Of a stretch of 64,000 bases of DNA, positions 55,264 through 64,000 are shown piece after piece. A program made the translations under genes and the position numbers. Position 1 is the stretch's first letter; every line of letters starts with the position of its first letter. The DNA comes from Tubiluchus corallicola (Eukaryota; Animalia; Priapulida). Under the pieces are notes generated by a model, which saw nothing but the letters and a program-made list of their open reading frames with translations, had not been told where the DNA came from and searched no databases. Location: assembly GCA_030141605.1 (NCBI GenBank), contig JAQGDQ010000006.1:186001-250000 (forward strand). The letters are read 5' to 3'.

Positions 55264-58035
55264 TTATTATTATCATTATTGTTATTAGTATTATTATAAA
55301 CTTATTTTGTAATTATGATCGTTGTGTTGTGTAGTATTTCATATTGTATATTTTTCACAACGCTGTAGTTAACTGTAATGAATGAGCACTTACTCGATAG
55401 CATGTTAATTATTATTGTAGCGAAAATTAGCTCAGTTTTAAACTATTCACTCTTCACCTTATAAATCTAATTTCTGACACTCGAAAATCGTGGTAGAAAA
55501 AAGTTTGTAGTCTTTTCTTTCTAGGTATATGGTACATTAACTAATACTGTACTTCAAACCGGCTATGATTAGAAAAATAATAGCGTAATAATAATTGTTG
55601 TTCACGTTATGCTTCAAACAACGAGCCGCGAACATTTGTTACACCCGATACACATTTGTTATTAATGTTTTAACTCGCGCATTTTACATGTATCTTTGTA
55701 TGTGCATTATACGAATCAGGAGTGTTGAATAGATGTCGCTCGTAGATGACTGCTTGCAGGGCAGTGTTGAATAAGTAACGAACAACAGTTCGATTGCATA
55801 CAAAGACTTGCATATTGATACGGAAAATGGGTGAATAGACATGCCATAGAAAACGCTAATAATCACCATTTCTACAAGAATTTATTTGCATCTTCTCTTG
55901 TACAAAGTCTTTTATACCTGAAAGGAAACATCAGTGTTTACCACATTTTATCTAGTGACATATTCTATTCCACAATACTGGTGCCATATTGGTAATGAAT
56001 AATAAAATAATTATTGTTTTGATACCTTTATTTACATTGGTGCGTTTTATAGTCGTTACATCTAGTTAGCTAGTAATACAGTTTTGACGTATATGATAAC
56101 TGGGTGTAAAAAACCTTGGCAAGTTGTTATTGGTCTTAAATATGTATTGTTAGTGGTCTTAAATACGCCGCTATTTAAACTAACAATATCACACAGTATT
56201 AATTATAAAAAGCATGTGTTAATTTTACATTTTCGAATGTTTTTTATATTTAACATTTTATTTAATACTTAAAACATACTTTACAAATTACAACAACCAA
56301 GACATTTAAAACAACAATAAACAAATACAAGCACTAACTGACTGTCAATAAATGCAATTAGTTGTAATCAGTAATGTGCATTGACTACACTCTGGCAATT
56401 TAGGTTGGTTAGTAAATCATTACAATATTACAAAGGTAACCAACTATCTTCAATTTTTTCTAGTATCCCAAGGTTGGCACCTGCATATTTCTCCACCTTA
56501 TACTTAATACAGCTCATTGCATGATTAAAATTCTGTGTTGTAATATACTTCGACTACACAAAATGTAATGGTTTTCTATTAAAATGTTTTATTTAAACAT
56601 AGGAAATTTTTATACGGAAACTTTCCAAAAATTACAAGTTTATCAATTTCTAATGCACTGCTTGTATTTGCCACCCACTATTATTTGAAATGTTCCATGT
56701 GAGCTTTACTTTATTACAGTCTCACATTACTATGTGATATGGTTTCTGTTTTGCATTTTCGAACGTGTGCGCATGCGCCATGCGGTGTTTAACACACGTA
56801 GAGATATCTATACTTGTGATGCTTTTAATCTTATCATGTCAACGCACCACACTATACCACACCCACAACCACAACATCATGACAAGACAAAAAATATATT
56901 GAAATTGTGCAAACGTTTTGAGCAAACAATTGAAAATCACATCTTACATACGTGTTAAAATTTCGAGTAAGAGGCACAAGTTTGGGCATTAAAAATCCAT
57001 AGCCCCATTAATGGCAAAAAATCTCCATTCGTTATTTACTAATGATAGAGGGTGCGATTTCACTGTGCTCGTGTTGGTCTGCCCAGCTATAAACACAGAC
57101 TTTTTCCGTCCGTTTTCTTCGGAAAATTTTTGCCATTGCGATTTGCGTACATTTGAATGCCCGCCGTATCCACTGTCCCGCACAGAGAGCCACAGAACCA
57201 CATAGCTACACGAAATATCTGTCGTGATTTTTTCTGGAAAGAAAGTTCCAGAAATTCGCTCCTAAGATTGCGCATGCGAGGACAAACAACGAATCTAGAC
57301 CTATTTATAAAAGGACAGTATGCGCAGCAGATTTTTCCCCGTTTCTTTATTGACTAATTCAGTTTGTGGTTAATTTTAATTGTTTAATAACGTTTTTCTG
57401 CACCAACTGCCTATGCTGAAAATCTGCCGAGATGGAGAAGCTACACTAAACTTATAAAAAATTTTAATAACAAAAATTAATGGTAAATTTGAATTAAAGA
57501 GTGACGGCACCATTGATCTGCAGATGTTGTGAAATGTTGAGTCATCTGTTTTATACAATAAAACCGAAATGATAATGGATTCTTTCAGTTTTAAGGCAAT
57601 CTCATATGTTAGAAAAGACAAATTAAGTAATTAAGTTATTAGTTAATCACTATTAAATTCCATTAAAATTGTTGGATTGGATTGTTTAACATGCAAGAAA
57701 AAGGATTAACAGTTATTCATTAGCTAAGATAATCTGCACTCTGTCTTTATTTCCGGTGCACAGCTCAGTTCCACTAGTAGATACTTGCCGCTAACGCAAA
57801 TTTATTATTATTGGTACATGTATTATATTTACTATTAATTATCCGTTTTTATGTATTATTCATAATGTATACAGTTTCATTAGCGCTACCGGTAAAAAAT
57901 GTAATAATGCCGCCGGTTGTGGTCCTGAAAAATGTTTGCCTCAAACTTGAGCGCTGAAATCAAAGCCTTAACTACGAATTTCAGACTATTTCTAGTTGTG
58001 CAATCGAGAAGCTAGTTTTCATTCATTAGTTCAAA

Positions 58036-61000
58036 ATGGCGGGAGCCGGTGCGGAGTACGAAGGTCCGGAGTTCGGAATTGGCAATTTTGTTCTTTTAGG
58101 GGAAGTTGCCATCGAGCCATTTATGTCAAATTTGGAACTACGGTGAGTACCAAGTAATATTAATTCGTATTTGAACTGTTTTTTGTTGGAAAGGTATTCC
58201 TTATCCCGAAGCTTCGGACCATGGTACTACTACATTTGGCTTACTAACCACAGTAATTATATGGATGTGGAAGAACAGTGGAGAAGATTACTTGCAGAGT
58301 GAAGGGATCGGTATTTCGAATTTTGCCCAGATATTTTATTGTCTTGATTGCAGTACTAATTTACTAGGAACCAAAGTGAAATCTAGACAATGTACTCGAA
58401 GTTTTTGAGAGTGCAAGAGAATTGAATAAAATAATAATAAAATTGGGTGTTAAATTGGGCCTTTCTAAATTTTTATGTGAATTTATGAATCACGATTATC
58501 ATTAATGTAGGCAGTCGCAAAATCGCAAACAGAGCTGCTGCTAAACCTTGAGTTTTTCGCCACCCTTCCTTTGAATTATATTTTCTGTTTAGTAATAATT
58601 ATAAGTGTGATATGTACAAAAATAAAAATAAAATGAATCTGAACAGAGCTGTAAATAGTGGTGTATAGTGGTGTGATATGTACAACAGGAAAAATAAAAT
58701 GAATCTGAATCTAAGCAGAGCTGTAAATAGTGGTGTAGGCATGTATGCCATCTGTCTAGGCAACACGTCTACAACTCTAGCAGCAACCAGTTTATACAAA
58801 AAATGTTTTTCTTATGTTGGTTAATAAAAGTATTTGCAGTGATCTCCTTCAAATATTACCTAATGTCTGCAAGCCTACTGTTCTTTAACTATGCTGTGTA
58901 AAACAATTGTAGGTTGTGAAGCCTTTAGCTAAAAACTATTGACTGTGCAGCTACACGAACTTAAAAGTATAGATGGAATGACTATATTAAGCAAAAAATG
59001 GTTTAAACATTTAAAAAACTTAATTTAGGTTTGACATAGCTCTTGATGTTAACTTCTTATACCTATAATTTACTACAAAACTGTTACTGTTTAATTCTCT
59101 GTCAGTATATGTTAATTTTACAGTGTTTGAATCCCTGGTAATAGAAATTTTCAGTTATTTTCATCCTTATCATAATAATCTTCAGGGATTGTTGCACGTT
59201 AACCACTCATTGACGCAGTTAGAGGATGTCCAAAGTGAAACACATTTTTCTTAGCTTGGTATATCAGTATCTTAGAAAGTTTGGCGCATATTATGAGCTA
59301 GTTACTACTTACTTAGCTATTACTTAGCTACCGTCACATTTGCGTACTTTTCAAGTTTAAGTGATCAGAGAGAAACTACACCTCAAACTTTTAATGGAAT
59401 TCAACATGCTCAGCTAATGTTCAGTGATGTAACTTGTTACTTAAAAAGTAACCACAATTAAGACATTGTGTAATTGCTTGTGTCAATATGATGCAAAAAG
59501 TGTAGGAAAATTCCTTTTGCAATCTCAAAAATACACACAGGTAAGCCATTGAATCTTCGATTGCCTTTCCTTACATAACAGATTGTGTGTGACGTCCCGT
59601 TAAATGAATGAATGAAAGGCAAGTATGGATCTAACTCTGTTGAAGTACACAGCTGTTTTTTATGTCAAGGGTTACCATATTAAATTGGCTGGTCAAGGAT
59701 TACCAGCCTTTTGTGATGCAAAGCCAATGATGGATCAAATCTTGTTGATACTTTAAATGTAAATGATTGTTACACCAAGATCTCTGAGGCTAATTTGAAT
59801 TGCATCTACTTATATTACCTTTTTTCATAGTTGCTTTTTATCTCATAGCACTCACCTATAGTTTAGACGAGTTTACACTTATGTGTATGTTGGAGCTAGT
59901 ACTTTTCTCTCTTACTTCAGCTTACGTGTGAGTCCTTTTTTCACTTTAACACACTAGTTGTGATTTTGTATAGTAACTAATAACATAGATTTTTTTATTG
60001 TTCTAACCTTTTTTTGTTTTATACACCTGATGCTTTTAAGAAGACTTGTGAAATATTGAAAAGCATTTTGTCTGTAACTGCAAAGTCTGTTATTAGTAGT
60101 AATAACATGTAGTATGTCTTGCTTCATAAAGGATAATCAGATTTATTTTAAAACGCAATTTGCTTTATAGATTCATCTGGTAGATTGTTACTAAATGATG
60201 ACTATTTGCACATGCTGCATAATGTCATCAAAGGAAATACCTGTAATGTTTGTCGCATGTATGATACCCATGCTATCAAATTTAATTGGAAATGAAAAGA
60301 GTCCTTTAGAAATAGCTGAATCAAAATTTTCATCGTAATTGCAAACTGCAAAATAACGGTTGCTTCTAGAATTCATGTGAAAAGTCTTTTTTTTTGTGAA
60401 TACACATGTATGAATACTTGAACAGTAATACATTTGTCTTAATATCTAGCATTTAAAAAGCCTGTTGTTCTTATCTGTACTATTTCTAAGCATGCTATGT
60501 TGGATAGAATGGCAGATAATAGTGAAGTTTAATGAACCTTGATATCGCGTCATCTTATATTTAGGATGTACTGCTAAGTAACTTGGAAACATCATTAACA
60601 AGCTTCGGGAATGTTTGATTTAAATTGATTTATAGCCTAGTGCAATGAGTAAGTCATGATTTGTAATTTGACTGACGCTATAGACATCCTGTACCAGTTG
60701 ACAGAAAACTTAAAAGGAAATATTTACACAGGAACTCACCTTCAGATAACTGTACAAAGTAATGGGCTCCACCGTGACATCGTTTTGGAGTTTGCAAAAA
60801 CTTGGTTAGTTATCTGCAAATGTCATGACTAATAATATACTTATTTAATACTTTTTATCCTCAATTTGCTTTTTGTTATCTTTTTAACCTAATTAAACTG
60901 CAGGTCTTACAATTATTATTATTGGGTAAGCTTGTTACCTTAGCCTATTTACTTGAAATCTTTATGCCTGTGTGACTGTATGTAAATTGTACATAAATTC

Positions 61001-63959
61001 CTTCTGATTGGGAGAACTATAGTTGTCAATACTGATTCCTGGATGAGAGCAGCCACTTTGTATCGTGCAGACTATAGATTTTGAAGACCTCTAGGGTGCA
61101 GAGATGAACTGCACTTTTAACCTGATTTACAGCAATTTGTTGTCCTTTGAAAATCTACCAAAATTGCTAAATCATTCCGTAGCTATATTTTGTATATAAG
61201 TATTGAAAGCTACTGACAATGATTGCTGAAAATCATCGCGCTTATTTAATTCTTGAAGTGTTCTATTGCTTTGTTGCTGATTCATTCAATTTATCAATTA
61301 TTTGAAGAGCGAATTTTATGTAGAAGTGTGCGATTTCAATTGGAAAACTCGTTTCTTTACATAGATTTATCGTGAATTAAATTAATTATCTGTATTCAGG
61401 ATGTATACGGCATGTGTAATAATAATTTTCTGCGTGAAAATTTCCTGCATTCCTGCCATAATTACTACTGGTGGTCGTTTACCCGGCTATTTAAACATTC
61501 ATTCAGTATGGTGTCAATTTATCGGTTAAACGATTCTGTACAAGGTTTACTAAATTTTGTGGCTAAAAATTAAGTTGATGGTTTAGTTTATTGGATTCAC
61601 CATGGTGATGTTCTGGCAAGAAGAGGGTGTGTAAAAAAGCCGTTAGTAATCGTTTAACTGAGTCATCTTGCTCAGTGGGGAGAGCGGCTTGAGTCATCTC
61701 TATTGAAAGCTTGTATGAGATAGGCTGATTATTGAACAGTAGTCACGCGTGAAGTATGCGCGCGTCAGCACATTTGGCTGTTGAAACTTGAAACTGATTG
61801 CCTGCAATTTGCTAAAATTACTTGCCAGGCCGTCATATTCAAAGACTGTCGGAGTTGTAACTGATATGACACAGAAATTCTAGTTAGGAATTTCGCTTTA
61901 CTGAATTTTTAGATCGTTTTTATACAAGTTTCCAGTTACAATATTTGTAATAAGATAATTAAGCGCTTTGACATGCTAAATTTGCTAATGCATATAGTAT
62001 AATCACTTCCTCTATGGACTGGCCTATACTGTTATTTGTAGCTTCTACTGTCTTAGATAAAATAAAGGACATTTGCTGTGCAAGTTAGTGTAAATAGTTT
62101 CTCTAAACAGCAAATGTTGTAGACCCTGATTTAAACGTGTGCATTTCCATTCTACAGGGTAGTAGAATATTGCCTACCTATTAATATTTCATTTTGTGTA
62201 TGTGTATTTTTCTCAATTTACGTTATAATACTGTAAAGTGATGAAACTAGTCACGTAATCAAGCAATCATTTTGTAAAATTTTTGTCGCATTAATACTGA
62301 CATTCTAGATGGAGATTTCTTGTCTTTTTTTGTAAAATTATGGAAGTGGGATAACGAGCATGCACTGAGTAATGCTTCACCTCAGTTACTGTATCTACTG
62401 AAACTGAATGCTCCCAAATAAGCTAGCAGTCAAATATTAATAACTAATTCAATCGATGTTTTAGTTATTGCTTGATAAACTAGCGATTATTATTGCTGCT
62501 ATAGCTGTTTAATTTTGTTTGTTATTGTTTGCAAAAATTATCATAATTATATACAGTATTTCAAGATGGGTTCACTAGAATGTTTTCTGTATTGTGTGAA
62601 AGACTTGCAGAATGGAAATGTTTTAGAGGTCTTAATAGCCCAAGGTTAAGGCGGTGCCTTACAATCAAGTGAAAAGTTTGTTTGAGATCGCTTGTTAAAC
62701 TAAGAAGTATGTTTGAGATTACTTGTGAAACTGCAGTCATGCGCTCATATTGCTGGCACCCTGCTTTAGTGACTTGACTATATACTCCGGTGGCGAATCA
62801 GTAGCATCATATCTTTTTCCTGGTTTTCACTAGAATGATAGAATCTCGTTATAGAAATTCAACTCGGACATTGAACTAACATCTTAGCTTTAATTCAATG
62901 TTCTTAACTTAGTCAAATTGGCCATTAACCGTATCACTTGAATGTAAATGCATTGGGACGAAACTCATTTGCTTACTAGTTTTAAAAATCAGGAAATAGT
63001 TGAAATTACAAAAGTAAAAGTAAGACAATAACTTCCTCAGTTGATCTCATGCAAGGTTCGAATTCAATCTCAGTTCTGTCTACATATGTCTATCTACTAG
63101 TTGTTTTGCCCTCACAGTTATTATCATTATATTATATACTTGGACACCATTTGTATTGATCAAGCTGAAAGGTAATCTGATCATTAAAAACAAATTTAGA
63201 CACCAGTTAATCATCGATTATTTCTGTTTCAAAGAGATTGCTATTCCGTTCAAAATTCATAAAGAGCGAAAAGCCTGTTACAGATTGTATTGGAATTGTT
63301 TTGATAATATCAGTATTCAGCGGGAAGCAATAGCAATGTAAACAGAGAAGGGCTGTAACATAAACAACTTTGAATTTTGTCACATGCATAGTGCTTGAAT
63401 AAATCCTGACAACATCAGAAATTGCAGACATTTTTATTTGGTAGGCTTATATGTATTACCTAAAAGATGGTGTGTTCTGATTATTTTCTTTTATCTGATG
63501 TACTTTTTTGGTGTCTTTGGCTTCAGCACATTATTAGTAACTGTGAAGCATTTGATCTGAAAATTAAAGATTCCAAGAAATGCTCCTAAAGACTTTGCAC
63601 TTAAAACACTTGTGACTTTAAAGTAAGCAGTTATAGCTCCGGTGTTGGTTTAATAAATGAATTATCACACAATCATTTTTGTTAAGTTTTGTAGTTTTCA
63701 GTAGTCACTGAGCACATTTAAAGAAATGGGTTTTTCTTCATCTGTTTCAGATTTAGCAAAGGAAAAATTTATTCATACATTGGTGAAGTCTTGGTATCAG
63801 TTAATCCATATAGGAATATAGACATTTATGGAGATGCAGTCGTTCAAAGTTATAAGGGCAGGGAGATATTTGAACGACCTCCACATGTCTATGCAATTGC
63901 TGATGCAGCTTACAAGTCGATGAAAAGGCGATTCCAAGACACATGCATTGTGATATCAG
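58036..63959 (+). CDS. MYO1D: Unconventional myosin I (MYO1D/G-type), first two coding exons; gene continues beyond the window
   Basis: Exon 1 58036-58142 ([36 protein letters not shown], donor gtgagt). Exon 2 63751-63959 ([27 protein letters not shown]...[37 protein letters not shown]) ends at the start of the P-loop GESGAGKT. EFG..FVL and DTCIVISG are typical of MYO1D/G. Confidence 0.9.
58605..58737. repeat. ~66-bp tandem duplication in MYO1D intron 1
   Basis: gtgtgatatgtacaa...aaataaaatgaatctgaa..cagagctgtaaatagtggtgta at 58605 and 58671. Confidence 0.9.
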
Positions 63960-64000
63960 GTGACACATCTTTCAAATGAATTTCTTTTGCTGTTTTGAAG

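Noticed and set aside
61665-61700. tRNA-like 5' half (gctcagtggggagagcg)
   Set aside because: No B-box, T-arm or acceptor stem follows; not a tRNA gene.

Overview
AT-rich, intron-containing genomic DNA from an invertebrate metazoan; the species cannot be determined from the sequence. Four spliced protein-coding genes can be rebuilt by hand with GT-AG introns and consistent phases. (1) A secreted chitin-deacetylase-like gene (minus strand, 4 exons, 520 aa; signal peptide + CBM14 + LDLa + CE4 domain) whose catalytic and metal-binding residues appear to be replaced. (2) DEF8 (minus, 13 coding exons, 662 aa). (3) A soluble cytochrome b5 with no membrane anchor (plus, 3 coding exons, 130 aa). (4) The first two exons of a MYO1D/G-type myosin I (plus, runs off the window). 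The rest is introns and intergenic DNA with decayed CR1/L2 and RTE LINEs, Tigger/pogo-type elements, two Helentron-type (HINE/DINE-like) elements carrying internal tandem arrays, palindromes and microsatellites. Most short ORFs in the supplied track are noise or TE remnants. The most notable observation is the intact but apparently catalytically dead chitin deacetylase. Family assignments come from recalled motifs, not database searches.
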